Shown here piece after piece: positions 10,264 through 20,271 of a stretch of 64,000 nucleotides of DNA. Source of the DNA: a virus. Both the position numbers and the translations under genes were made by a program. Each line of letters begins with the position of its first letter. The stretch's first letter is position 1. The notes below the pieces were generated by a model. That model was given only the letters and a program-made list of their open reading frames with translations, had not been told where the DNA came from and did not search any database. The DNA lies in IMG/VR virus record IMGVR_UViG_3300032268_000887, positions 38,687-102,686 of that record. One strand, given 5' to 3'.

Positions 10264-11482
10264 TTAGATCCTCAAAATCTTTATATCGATAGTATCCTTT
10301 ATCAAAGTCTGCTTGAACTAAAAATTCTCCCATAAAACCATTTCTATTTTTTCTAAAAGCACATTCAATAATATCACTATTTGCTGCTCGGCCTAATGCT
10401 AGCACCCAGTCTGCATCATAGGCAATCTGTCTAGACCAAGCGGTTTGGCCCAGTGTAGGCACTGTGTTAAGGTTTGTGACATCATCTGGGGTTGCTGATG
10501 AGATAGCAATGATAGGTACTTCTTCACCAATTGCCATAAGTTTTAATTCTCTTGAAAGGTTTTTCATTCTTACCGTTTCGTTATCAGATTTTTGGTTTGG
10601 AGACATTAGTTGTAGATAATCTACAATAACAAAGTCTGGTCTGTATTGATCAATTTTTCCACGGACAACTGAAGGGTTTACTTCTCCACCACTGTCATTT
10701 GAAATAATGTGAAACTCTGGTTTTCCAACTAGATTTTTTTCATGCCATGACTTTAACATATCTAGTTCAATCTCACCATTGCTTATTTTTCTGTGTGACC
10801 AAACGCCTTGTCCCATAATAGTGTATACACGATTTCTAACTTCTACCTCTGACATTTCTAAACTTATTACTAGTGGAGACTTGCCTTGTTTCCACGCTTG
10901 TACCGCAAAATAAAGAGCAAGCCAAGATTTACCAATTCCTGGATATGCAAGAAAAACGCCAAGTTGTCCTGGCATGATTCCAGATGGCAGGTAATTATCA
11001 AATCCTGGTAAGCCTGTTTTAATTCCAATTGCGCCCAACTCTTTCATCTTTTGAACATTAGTAAAATACGCAAGAGCAGAGTCTAAATCCGTAGCATCAA
11101 TATCTCTAATTGTTGCAACATTCTTTTTTAATTCTGATGTTTTATTAATTAACCCTGTTAGGGCTATGTCTCCATTTCCACCCTGAACATCTGTTGCAGC
11201 AGACCTTAAAATATCTTTTAAACTATCGGTTAAATATTCGGCCTGTAATTCTTCTAAATGATACTTAGTTGCACCAATATTTTCTATTGTTTGAAAATCC
11301 CTAAATTTTTCAACAACCAATGACTCGGGAGGAACTGCATTGTTGGCCTCATAATACTTTCTTATAAATAGCCAAAGGTCTGTATGTGTTTTTAAAAGAT
11401 TTTCAACATTAGCCTGCAAAAGAACATGCATTTGTTTATCTTTAAGAAGTGCCGATATAAGTTTAGATTCTGTGTTATTCAC
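10253..11482 (-). CDS. dnaB: Replicative DnaB-like helicase
   Basis: AYPGIGKS Walker A, SLEMS, VIVDYLQLM, SRELKLMA, KNRNG. Confidence 0.93.
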   Translation of the reverse strand: MNNTESKLISALLKDKQMHVLLQANVENLLKTHTDLWLFIRKYYEANNAVPPESLVVEKFRDFQTIENIGATKYHLEELQAEYLTDSLKDILRSAATDVQGGNGDIALTGLINKTSELKKNVATIRDIDATDLDSALAYFTNVQKMKELGAIGIKTGLPGFDNYLPSGIMPGQLGVFLAYPGIGKSWLALYFAVQAWKQGKSPLVISLEMSEVEVRNRVYTIMGQGVWSHRKISNGEIELDMLKSWHEKNLVGKPEFHIISNDSGGEVNPSVVRGKIDQYRPDFVIVDYLQLMSPNQKSDNETVRMKNLSRELKLMAIGEEVPIIAISSATPDDVTNLNTVPTLGQTAWSRQIAYDADWVLALGRAANSDIIECAFRKNRNGFMGEFLVQADFDKGYYRYKDFEDLSGK

Positions 11483-11783
11483 TTAGCCACTCCTTTGCAA
11501 GTCTTTTTCGTTCTTCACGTTCTTTATCATCTTTAATTTTATTTAATTTTGCTTGAAGTATTTTCTCTGCATTGTATGCAAAGTAATTCCAAGAGGGGGC
11601 TGAAGCAACATCAAAATAGTACTGAAGTAAATCATAGCACTGTCCTATGCCGTAGGATTCTATTAAAGCGTCAGAAGCCCATTGCTCAACATTTAAGTTT
11701 AACGATGCTTTTTGCTCATACTTTGCCGTATGTAACTTACTATACCTACTTAGCAAAGCCATTCGGTCTTTGCGTTCAGCCAC
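11475..11783 (-). CDS. Hypothetical protein (replication module)
   Basis: 102-aa ORF overlapping both neighbours. Confidence 0.7.
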   Translation of the reverse strand: MAERKDRMALLSRYSKLHTAKYEQKASLNLNVEQWASDALIESYGIGQCYDLLQYYFDVASAPSWNYFAYNAEKILQAKLNKIKDDKEREERKRLAKEWLSE

Positions 11784-12010
11784 TATACGTCTATTTCTGC
11801 TTTGGCTTCGTTAAGTTTATTGGTTAATTTATCTTCAACAAACTTATAAACTCTTTCAAAAGCCTGATCCGTATTTTCCCCATCACGCCTGCTATCGACT
11901 ACGCCAAGATCAAGCCTTAGTGATTGGAAATTTCCAAGGTTTAGCGTATAGCCAAGTGTTACTGATACTTTGGTTGGTTCATTTATTGCCACAGGATTAT
12001 TGTCTGACAT
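11783..12010 (-). CDS. Hypothetical protein
   Basis: 75 aa, stop/start overlap at 11783. Confidence 0.7.
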   Translation of the reverse strand: MSDNNPVAINEPTKVSVTLGYTLNLGNFQSLRLDLGVVDSRRDGENTDQAFERVYKFVEDKLTNKLNEAKAEIDV

Positions 12011-12032
12011 CTTGTTACCCCTTTCAATTTAA

Positions 12033-12578
12033 CTATCTTATTGATTCGTTCCAAATAGGAATAAATCTTCCATCTTCAGTTTTCGTATATGTAAGTATAC
12101 CATCGCCCATTTTTCTTGTCAACTCTTGTTTTGTGGGAGTCATATTGTTTGTAATTAATCCATCCTTTCTAGGTTGGCCAATATGTATACTTGCAAGTAT
12201 ATCACGTATCTCTTTTACTTGTGATTCAGAGTAGTATGCTCTTATCTGATATCCACGCTTTCCATTTTCAGAACAGCCAAGTGGAGGAGGAATGACTCCT
12301 CGTTTTATTAAACTTGGCATGTATTTTCTATGCCTATTGACAAGTTTAGCGGTCTCTGCTATAGTATATGCCTTTTCTCTATTTTTTTTAAAATCTAAAA
12401 TAAAACAAAGTTCAATTTTATTTTTAACAATATTATAAATAGCAACAGTTCCATCTGATCTATTGTAGTGACGAATTCTAACTAAGTCTTTATTTAAAAA
12501 CCAAACTGAGCCACTACCTTTTATTACAGATGACTGATTGTATTCTTGGCCCTCAATTTTTCCTTTTGCAGTAGCCAT
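12033..12578 (-). CDS. MerR-like helix-turn-helix DNA-binding protein
   Basis: YTIAETAKLVNRH..IKRGVIPPP..RAYYSESQV. Confidence 0.7.
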   Translation of the reverse strand: MATAKGKIEGQEYNQSSVIKGSGSVWFLNKDLVRIRHYNRSDGTVAIYNIVKNKIELCFILDFKKNREKAYTIAETAKLVNRHRKYMPSLIKRGVIPPPLGCSENGKRGYQIRAYYSESQVKEIRDILASIHIGQPRKDGLITNNMTPTKQELTRKMGDGILTYTKTEDGRFIPIWNESIR

Positions 12579-12715
12579 AGCCCCTCACTTGATGTTGACG
12601 GTGGATTATAAAATTTTCTAGTACCACATTTTAAGCAAAATGTTTCTAAGTGCTGTTCTTGACTGTACTGTCGATCAATAAACATTCTATCTTTACATTT
12701 TGGACATTTAATCAT
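12524..12715 (-). CDS. Small zinc-ribbon protein
   Basis: MIKCPKC..FCLKCG; start at TAATG overlap (12715). Confidence 0.7.
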   Translation of the reverse strand: MIKCPKCKDRMFIDRQYSQEQHLETFCLKCGTRKFYNPPSTSSEGLWLLQKEKLRAKNTISHL

Positions 12716-13158
12716 TAATTTGGAATGCCTACAATAATAAGATTTACCCATACTGATAAATCTCCAGACGCTCCGAATTTTACGCTCCCCTCTACACGAG
12801 AAGTTGTAATATTTTTTAAAATTATAGATACATTTTTTCCTGCTGGAGTGTTTCCTACGTTAACTGGGGTTGCCGTAACAATTGGAGCATACTTAAAGTT
12901 AGTGCTAAAGTTATAGAAAAAATCTTTTTCTGTTGTTGGCGTTACGGTCGTGTTATTAAAAATTTCAACTCGGCCAGCAACTACTCTTAACTCTGAGGTT
13001 TTTACGTTTGTTTTATCTGATCCAATTGTGTCTACTGTTGCATAATTAGAAGTTGTTGAAGAAACTTCTGACGCAAGATCATTTACGGCTTCGGCCAATT
13101 GGTAGATGTACGTTACATCTAAAGGCTGTCCTCTTTCTGGTAATGGTATTTTTGACAT
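12715..13158 (-). CDS. Putative minor tail/fibre protein
   Basis: F..APIVTAT..NITTS..NLIIVG beta-rich fibre-tip pattern at end of tail operon. Confidence 0.5.
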   Translation of the reverse strand: MSKIPLPERGQPLDVTYIYQLAEAVNDLASEVSSTTSNYATVDTIGSDKTNVKTSELRVVAGRVEIFNNTTVTPTTEKDFFYNFSTNFKYAPIVTATPVNVGNTPAGKNVSIILKNITTSRVEGSVKFGASGDLSVWVNLIIVGIPN

Positions 13159-13179
13159 TTTTCTCCTTTTACTATTATA

Positions 13180-13734
13180 TCAGGTCAAACTTTTTAAATC
13201 ACTAATTAGATACGTGGCTGCATTAAATGGTCCCTTTAATATGGTCACCTTTTGCACTCTAATTTTAATATGGCTTGGAGCATCAACAGTATATGGATAA
13301 GAGATTGAATAACTTGTTCCTGTAGATTTTCCAACCCAAATCCAGTTACTTAAAACGCTGTCTGTTGTCCATTGAACATAAATATCAAATTCTTTAATTG
13401 ATGCCTGCTCTGCTTGTAATATTTTTTCTTCATCTGTTGGATCAGCAATTAATAAGGAAGGCAGTGTCCATGAAATATTAACTATGTGTGCGCTAGTGTC
13501 AACACTAACATTGTGAGGAATGTTAGTAGTTTCTGGACTACTTGGATTAAAGCCAGTTTCAATAAATGTATTTTGTATTTCTATTTGTTTTATTGGAGAC
13601 CAGTGTGAGAACCTGTTCTTGTCTTCTGATAATATTCGATATCTTAGCGTATAGACTAAGTTTGTATTGTCTCCTAATGTTGGGGGGAGGTCAGATGACT
13701 TTATAATACTTTGTTTAATGCCAGCGTCTGCCAT
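13180..13734 (-). CDS. Putative minor tail protein
   Basis: YRILSEDKNRFSHWS; coupled to the 13734 gene. Confidence 0.55.
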   Translation of the reverse strand: MADAGIKQSIIKSSDLPPTLGDNTNLVYTLRYRILSEDKNRFSHWSPIKQIEIQNTFIETGFNPSSPETTNIPHNVSVDTSAHIVNISWTLPSLLIADPTDEEKILQAEQASIKEFDIYVQWTTDSVLSNWIWVGKSTGTSYSISYPYTVDAPSHIKIRVQKVTILKGPFNAATYLISDLKSLT

Positions 13735-14858
13735 TATCCCACACCAATAGAAAATTTAAATTCTACGTAGTTGCTTGTGTTTGAAGATTTAATAATTGTT
13801 GTAGCGTTGTCATTTTGAACAACTGAATACCCCACTAGTCCATAAAGTGGATTTATTGTGTTTAAATTTTCAAGTCTGAGTGCATCTAAGACAACATAAA
13901 AGTCATCAGACTCAGTCCCACCATCAACAACTGACACATAAATATTAATAGTATCAGCAGTGGCCCATGTAAAATTTGATGTGGTGTAAAGTTCCTGCTT
14001 TTGTTTTTTTACAATGCAATATCTGTTATTTACAAAATCTTGTTGTCCAGAACCACTACCGTTAGCAACGGTTGCTTCAAATCTGGAAAATTTAGTTTCA
14101 TCACTACTGCTAACAAACTCAACAATAACTTTAACTGTATCTGGAACTGCTACAGAATCTCCGTCTTTATTTATTACAGAAAATGCTAGGCTTAATTCAT
14201 CTGAAGGAGCATTCTTCGAAAGATCTAAAGATATCCCACTTGTTCTAATGTGTTGAGGGTCACTTCCTACAACTAAATGTCCTCCAGAACTTGTCATTGT
14301 CGAAGAGTCTCCACGTATTGCAATAATGTTATTGTAATATCTGCAACGCTCATACCTTTCTGCCCTGTTTGTATTATAAAAAATTTTGTTGTCTGCATTG
14401 GTTTCAAAAATTTTTGACGTTGTTTCAATTACGTTATCTGATAACGATCCATCTAGGGGCTGCGTAATTCTTTCAATATCTACAGTTGCGCTTGGAGAAA
14501 CGTGTTGCCAATTTTCTGTTTGTGTAAAAGTTAACAAAGTTCTACTATCATAGGCTCCAGCATAAGGGTTTGATCCAGCAGAATAAATACCAATTTCAGA
14601 AATTTCATACCTTTCTTCTGTTGGTAACTCTGCTGTTAACACCAACTTTGACTGTCCATCTTCTACAACATATCCTCTTGAACTTATTGGTATGCGAAAC
14701 ATTTCAAAATCTAAATTTTCTTTTGTAGCGTAATCTGGTGGGCTATCGGATGTATCTAGGGGTTTAGGTCCGCAGCCAAGAGCCATGTATGAAGCATATG
14801 CTGGAGTCTGGCCCAACAAATATTTTGCAATAATGTACTTTCCAGTGTTAGTTATCAT
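13734..14858 (-). CDS. Putative minor tail protein
   Basis: MITNTGK..YMALG..EISEIGIY, typical tail-protein N-terminus. Confidence 0.6.
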   Translation of the reverse strand: MITNTGKYIIAKYLLGQTPAYASYMALGCGPKPLDTSDSPPDYATKENLDFEMFRIPISSRGYVVEDGQSKLVLTAELPTEERYEISEIGIYSAGSNPYAGAYDSRTLLTFTQTENWQHVSPSATVDIERITQPLDGSLSDNVIETTSKIFETNADNKIFYNTNRAERYERCRYYNNIIAIRGDSSTMTSSGGHLVVGSDPQHIRTSGISLDLSKNAPSDELSLAFSVINKDGDSVAVPDTVKVIVEFVSSSDETKFSRFEATVANGSGSGQQDFVNNRYCIVKKQKQELYTTSNFTWATADTINIYVSVVDGGTESDDFYVVLDALRLENLNTINPLYGLVGYSVVQNDNATTIIKSSNTSNYVEFKFSIGVG

Positions 14859-15535
14859 GATTCTCCCGCTTCAAGCACTATAGTATACATTGTACCACTT
14901 ATGCTCAATTGCACCTCTATCTGTTCGTCTATATCCAAATTCACTAAATCAATAACAATGTCTTGGCTATCATTTAAATATACATTTTCTCCATTAGGGC
15001 CGTTACCAATAAAAGGTATTTTATTTTCTAGTTTAATACCAAAATTAGAAAAATATTTGTCTGAAGTATTTTGTAGGCTTAATAAGCGCTTTGAAGAAAA
15101 TTCTTGATTTAAAGATGTTAAATTTTTAATCAATTGATTAGGAACGTAATCTCCTGAAATTGTGTCATGTCTGGACATAGACAAAAGTTCTTGTCCTCCA
15201 ATGTCTTCAAACAAAATATCAATTAACGTTATGGCTGGCAGAGTTTCATCATCAAACAAAATTATTTCCGGTGTAGCAGTTTTTACTTTATACGTTGTTG
15301 GTGGGGGTGGTGGTGGGGCTGGTAAATTTATTGGAACCGCAGTAACGGTTGGCACAAAGATAACAGGGTCGGAAGAAAATGGTACTATGTCTACTACTAC
15401 TGTTTTATCTTTTGCTTTAATTGATGTAGTATCTCCTCTTTCTCCCGCTCTATAATTATTCCAGTCCTCACCTCTTGTTACGGCTTTTGTTGTTTTTGAA
15501 ATAAACTTACCTTCTCCCGAATTTTCTCCTGGCAT
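14855..15535 (-). CDS. Putative minor tail protein with poly-Pro linker
   Basis: In tail operon; PAPPPPPPT run. Confidence 0.55.
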   Translation of the reverse strand: MPGENSGEGKFISKTTKAVTRGEDWNNYRAGERGDTTSIKAKDKTVVVDIVPFSSDPVIFVPTVTAVPINLPAPPPPPPTTYKVKTATPEIILFDDETLPAITLIDILFEDIGGQELLSMSRHDTISGDYVPNQLIKNLTSLNQEFSSKRLLSLQNTSDKYFSNFGIKLENKIPFIGNGPNGENVYLNDSQDIVIDLVNLDIDEQIEVQLSISGTMYTIVLEAGES

Positions 15536-15536
15536 G

Positions 15537-18500
15537 TTACACCTCCGCCATATATAGTGTCATGCTTGGGCCACTAACATTTCTTTTATAGTCTATGTTA
15601 TATATAACAAACTGTTTATTTGAGTCTGAAATTAAATCTACCCCATCTTTGTTGTAATCAATTTTAACTATATCCCCTAGTTGAATTATTGGTAATGAGA
15701 ATATTTCTGCGCCAACTAGTTTTTTAGGTTTCATTGATTTTTCAACAATCCACCCCAAAATATTTTCAGCGTCTGACGATGTTTGAATATATGGAGTTTC
15801 TAAAGTAAAACTACTAACCCCATAATTTATTCTACTTTGCTTAATTTGATTGTAATCTTGAATGTTTATTAATTCAGACCTAATTGTTGTATTATCTAAA
15901 TTGTTTGACTCAGAAAAATTTGACTTTTTATTAAAATAATCATCCACAGATAACGTGTATGTTGTGTCTTGTGTAAATGTTATTCCTTGAATTTTTAAAA
16001 AATTTCCTCCAGTTCCATCTAAGGAAAGTACGGAATCTGTTGCATTAAATACTAAAAATTCTGCTCCGTAAGAGTCTGCTTGAAAACCGGAAACAACGTA
16101 TCCTTTTATTGTGCTTGGGGAGGGGGACATTTTTGCATACAACGCTGGATATGCTTTATCATATTTTATATTAAAAGATGCAACTTCTCTAAAAATAGAA
16201 CCAAACTCATCATAATACATGTTGTATCTTGGTGGCTCTAAACTGGATATTCCACTCAAATATGTAGATTGAACAATTCCACTCATTGCATATTTTCTTA
16301 GTGCTGAATTGGCGTTAACCTGGTTTGCTCCAAATACTGAAGATATAGAGTCAGTAACATTAAACACTGTATTCTGAGAATAATTTTCTCCTAAAGCATA
16401 AATATTTTCAAACATGCATTTTGAAGACCCTCTTACAAAAAGAGAAACATTGTTGTATGCTGGCAAGGGTTCAGCGTCGTCAACTATACCAACTAATTTA
16501 TTGTTAATATATAAATAAAATTTTCTTGTTGTTCCGACATTGGAGTACTCAACTGCTAAGTCATATACGGTTGGATTTTCTTCTCCAGATTTTCTATACT
16601 GGCCAGTAAACTTGCCATCATCTACCAAGACATTAGTTAACCCTGACCAAAGTTTTATTGGTATGGCATTTCCAGAACTATCTTTTTTAATTTTATAAAA
16701 AACAATATTTGAAATACTGTTTTCAGATGACCCATCAGAATTAACTTTTAAATATGATTCAACATTTTTTTCTGTTAATGCAACTATTTCAAAGTAATAG
16801 CCATTATTTGTTTCTGGGTTGATCATAAGACCAAGACCGCCAGATCCGCCACCAATGCTTGAATTTTGATTTGGCTGTGTTGTTGGCACTTGATAATATG
16901 CTGAACTGCCTATTGGGGTTTGAAGTCTATCTTCATTACTTCCCTGATTTCCAACAATTCTTATTCTAGTTCCAAAATGTTTATAAGAATTGTTTAATGG
17001 TTTGTATACATAAGATATAAAGTCTATAGGGGTATCTGTAGAGGTAAATGATGGGCCAGACATGACTAAGGCTGAGGACTGCATAGTTCCGCTTTGGGTT
17101 GATTGCAGACTATTAAGTTCTGTCTCTGTTAAATAATTGCTTGCCATAAAATTTCTGACTATGCCAGTTCTTGAAGATTTTTTAGCCAATACGTTATTAA
17201 TTCCAGCAGCCCCTTCTGTAAGATTTAGAGGATACTCAATTGTTGAATTGGTTGTAAACAGATATTCCGATTTCATCGTACATCCACGAAGATATGTATT
17301 TTCAGTCCAATGACTGGATATTCCAGACAAATGTTCGCTAATTAGAGTTCCAAACTGTCCCCTGCCATGTTCAAAAACTGGACCATTTTTTATTTTTGTT
17401 TCGCCATCTATTGTTTCATAATACGGGTTTGCTAAAATTCTAATAAGTCCAGTAGGATATATTTTTCCATTAAAGGGAAGAGATGCCATGTACTCTTGAT
17501 ACTCTTGATTATTTGATATCCAAACATTTCCAGTTCCTGTTACATTAAACTGGACAGCATCATATCTAAGAATTTCCCCATTAGAATAAAAATAACCTTT
17601 GTGTTGAGTTATCCAATAAATATTTTCTCCAAGATCCACAACATTATTAATAATGGATCTATTGACAACTGACGGAACTAATGCTGGTAAATTAGAATTA
17701 ATTGGCATAGCGCTTAGCGCAAGACTTGACTGTTTGGCTACTTGTGAATTTATTGTTTTTAGTACGTCTTGTCCTGATGCTTCCCATAGCAATGATGGTT
17801 TATATATCCAAGTTTTTTCTTTATCAATTAACGTGCTTTGTTTAATCGATCCATAAGATCTTTGTATGTACCTTTGAGTATAATTTATTTTCCCGTCGTT
17901 GTATATTTTTTTATCATTTGAGGATATAGAAATGATGTTAGGCAATTCTGATGATGTTTGTTTGTTTTTAATTTGACCAAGTTTTGCCTGATTGTTGGTG
18001 CCAACTAAAGTAAAAGATGACTCTCTTTCTCCAGCATTTGGCATTATGTAGTTTTTACTCATAACAGTAAAATTATTGTATTCATCAAAAAACATTGCAG
18101 TTTGAGTTGATACGGCCAAGTCATTTAGAACTTGGGCTAAAGTTTGATCTGGAGCAATAAAGAAAAAGGGAATGGTTGGGTCTTTTTCTAGTCCTATTCT
18201 TTTAAATGTATAGTTAGAAAATCCGACTGAGTCTAGTAATGTCGATATTGCAAAACTTAAAGAAACATCTGTCAATAGCATTCTTGGTGCCGTTTGAGAT
18301 TCAAAATAAAAATAAAAATCACGTAATTCAATTGAGACTAAAGAGCCGTCATCGCTTGCTTGTGGAAAATTGTCTGAGTATAATGTTTTTATTGGTACAA
18401 AATAATCAATAGTAAAATCATCATTATATATGTTTTCATAAAAAACAAATTTTATATTTTTATTTAAATAATTTTTTATAATACTGTTTTCATTGTTTTC

Positions 18501-19667
18501 ATTAAAAGATAAGTCTTCATCAAAAATAGATATAGTTCCATTTGAGGCAAGTAGTTGTCCTACTGGCATAGCCCCTTGAGACATATCGGACATTGTCTTT
18601 GTTATTGAAAAATCTAAAACGTTGTTTGAAACATTTATAGCAAGTCTTGGAGATATCTCAATTAAATCAAAGACTGAGTCAAATTTATTCATTGATAAAA
18701 CTACTACTCTTATTCCGTCAATATATTCAAACTCATTATAAAAAAATGTATTATCACTATTAGTTGTCTTTAGTGGGTTAGAAATTTTTGTAACAAATGG
18801 GGTTTCATTGTCAACTGTTTCAGATTTTAAAAACCATTCATTGTTTAAATATGATAATTCTAAATATCCATCTGGACCAATAATATCAGAACCATCTGCT
18901 CTTGTATCATTTTGATTAATACTTAAAATATCTATCCAGTTATTATTCTTTAAAACTTGTATTTTAAATCTATTTGGAACGGTTTTATTTTCATTGCCAT
19001 AAAATGGACTAGAGTTTGTTCCAAGAATATCTTGAAAATTTCCTGGATCTTCTTGTCCTACGTTAGTTTGCATTTTTATTACAATTCTGTTGCAAGGAAC
19101 GCTTTCTTTATAGACTACAAAGGGGCATGAGTCTTCTATATAATTAATGCCATTTACTTTGTTGTTTGCAATTCCCCTCTCAATTCCATCTTCTTTTCTA
19201 TAGGATGTCCAATATTTAAAAATATCATTTCTTGAAGACATGTAGTATCTTGGGGCATTATTTCCAAACATAACATTTGTTGGTATATATTTTTTAGTAA
19301 AAAAAGACATCTTATTAATGCCAGACCTTGGTCTAAAAGGTTTAATACAATCTTCTAGCGAGTAATATAAAGATCTTTTTTGGTCTAAAGATTTAAAAAT
19401 TTGTGGAGTAGCGTCAGTATTATATGTATTTTGTTTTTGTTCATAAGACAATTCGGCATCTGTATAATAGTCTCCGCTATCTTCTAAATCAAAAGTATTT
19501 GGAATATTTCTATAAATGCTAGAATTGTTTTGTGGTCTATATCTATAATTTCCTATCTTTTTTATATTGCCAGGAGTATTCATATTCCATTCAGCAATAA
19601 CAATTGACCTCAAAGAAACATCGCTAGATGTTTTTAAATAATCTACAAGATCGCTATTACTAAACAT
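15537..19667 (-). CDS. Large tail tip/hub protein
   Basis: 1376 aa, two genes after the tape measure; C-terminal PIIQLGDIVKI hub-type motif. Confidence 0.7.
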   Translation of the reverse strand: MFSNSDLVDYLKTSSDVSLRSIVIAEWNMNTPGNIKKIGNYRYRPQNNSSIYRNIPNTFDLEDSGDYYTDAELSYEQKQNTYNTDATPQIFKSLDQKRSLYYSLEDCIKPFRPRSGINKMSFFTKKYIPTNVMFGNNAPRYYMSSRNDIFKYWTSYRKEDGIERGIANNKVNGINYIEDSCPFVVYKESVPCNRIVIKMQTNVGQEDPGNFQDILGTNSSPFYGNENKTVPNRFKIQVLKNNNWIDILSINQNDTRADGSDIIGPDGYLELSYLNNEWFLKSETVDNETPFVTKISNPLKTTNSDNTFFYNEFEYIDGIRVVVLSMNKFDSVFDLIEISPRLAINVSNNVLDFSITKTMSDMSQGAMPVGQLLASNGTISIFDEDLSFNENNENSIIKNYLNKNIKFVFYENIYNDDFTIDYFVPIKTLYSDNFPQASDDGSLVSIELRDFYFYFESQTAPRMLLTDVSLSFAISTLLDSVGFSNYTFKRIGLEKDPTIPFFFIAPDQTLAQVLNDLAVSTQTAMFFDEYNNFTVMSKNYIMPNAGERESSFTLVGTNNQAKLGQIKNKQTSSELPNIISISSNDKKIYNDGKINYTQRYIQRSYGSIKQSTLIDKEKTWIYKPSLLWEASGQDVLKTINSQVAKQSSLALSAMPINSNLPALVPSVVNRSIINNVVDLGENIYWITQHKGYFYSNGEILRYDAVQFNVTGTGNVWISNNQEYQEYMASLPFNGKIYPTGLIRILANPYYETIDGETKIKNGPVFEHGRGQFGTLISEHLSGISSHWTENTYLRGCTMKSEYLFTTNSTIEYPLNLTEGAAGINNVLAKKSSRTGIVRNFMASNYLTETELNSLQSTQSGTMQSSALVMSGPSFTSTDTPIDFISYVYKPLNNSYKHFGTRIRIVGNQGSNEDRLQTPIGSSAYYQVPTTQPNQNSSIGGGSGGLGLMINPETNNGYYFEIVALTEKNVESYLKVNSDGSSENSISNIVFYKIKKDSSGNAIPIKLWSGLTNVLVDDGKFTGQYRKSGEENPTVYDLAVEYSNVGTTRKFYLYINNKLVGIVDDAEPLPAYNNVSLFVRGSSKCMFENIYALGENYSQNTVFNVTDSISSVFGANQVNANSALRKYAMSGIVQSTYLSGISSLEPPRYNMYYDEFGSIFREVASFNIKYDKAYPALYAKMSPSPSTIKGYVVSGFQADSYGAEFLVFNATDSVLSLDGTGGNFLKIQGITFTQDTTYTLSVDDYFNKKSNFSESNNLDNTTIRSELINIQDYNQIKQSRINYGVSSFTLETPYIQTSSDAENILGWIVEKSMKPKKLVGAEIFSLPIIQLGDIVKIDYNKDGVDLISDSNKQFVIYNIDYKRNVSGPSMTLYMAEV

Positions 19668-19668
19668 G

Positions 19669-20271
19669 TTAAACTTCTTCTAGCGTTAAATTAATATTCC
19701 ATAGGTCATGAGTAGTTGATCCTCTTTTTACTACAGAGTAAGAAAAATCTGTAAAATACATTTGAATTATTTGATTGTATTTAGTGTTATCATCATATTT
19801 ATCATATGCCAAATAGACCCAAAAAGGACCTTTATGATTTTCGTACCACTCTAATAATTCTAATCCGCCAGCGCCACCATCAACAGTAAATTCATCGGTA
19901 GTTCCCTTAAGAGATGTTAGGCCTGATGTATCAAATGCTGGGTTATCAGCGTATGCTTTTGATGGTAACATTTGCCAAGATGTTGATAAACTAATCTTAT
20001 CTGCAATGTTATATGCCCTCATATTTCCATTGATCATTCTTTCTCTTTTTTGTATTCTTTCTTGACTAAAGGCTAGTTCAGCCCTATTATGATCCGACAA
20101 AATTAAAAATGTATTCTGTTCATCTGTTGGAACCCCCGCTAAATCTGATCCAATTTCATATCCGTCTGGATAATAAAATCCGCTAGATAAAGTTCCTGAA
20201 TTTTCAGACCAAAGCATTGCTTGCGGAAGTCCATACTTACGTCTACCTGCTAAATATGCTGAGTTAGCCAT
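19669..20271 (-). CDS. Distal tail (Dit-like) protein
   Basis: Directly follows tape measure; RMING..WNINLTLEEV. Confidence 0.6.
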   Translation of the reverse strand: MANSAYLAGRRKYGLPQAMLWSENSGTLSSGFYYPDGYEIGSDLAGVPTDEQNTFLILSDHNRAELAFSQERIQKRERMINGNMRAYNIADKISLSTSWQMLPSKAYADNPAFDTSGLTSLKGTTDEFTVDGGAGGLELLEWYENHKGPFWVYLAYDKYDDNTKYNQIIQMYFTDFSYSVVKRGSTTHDLWNINLTLEEV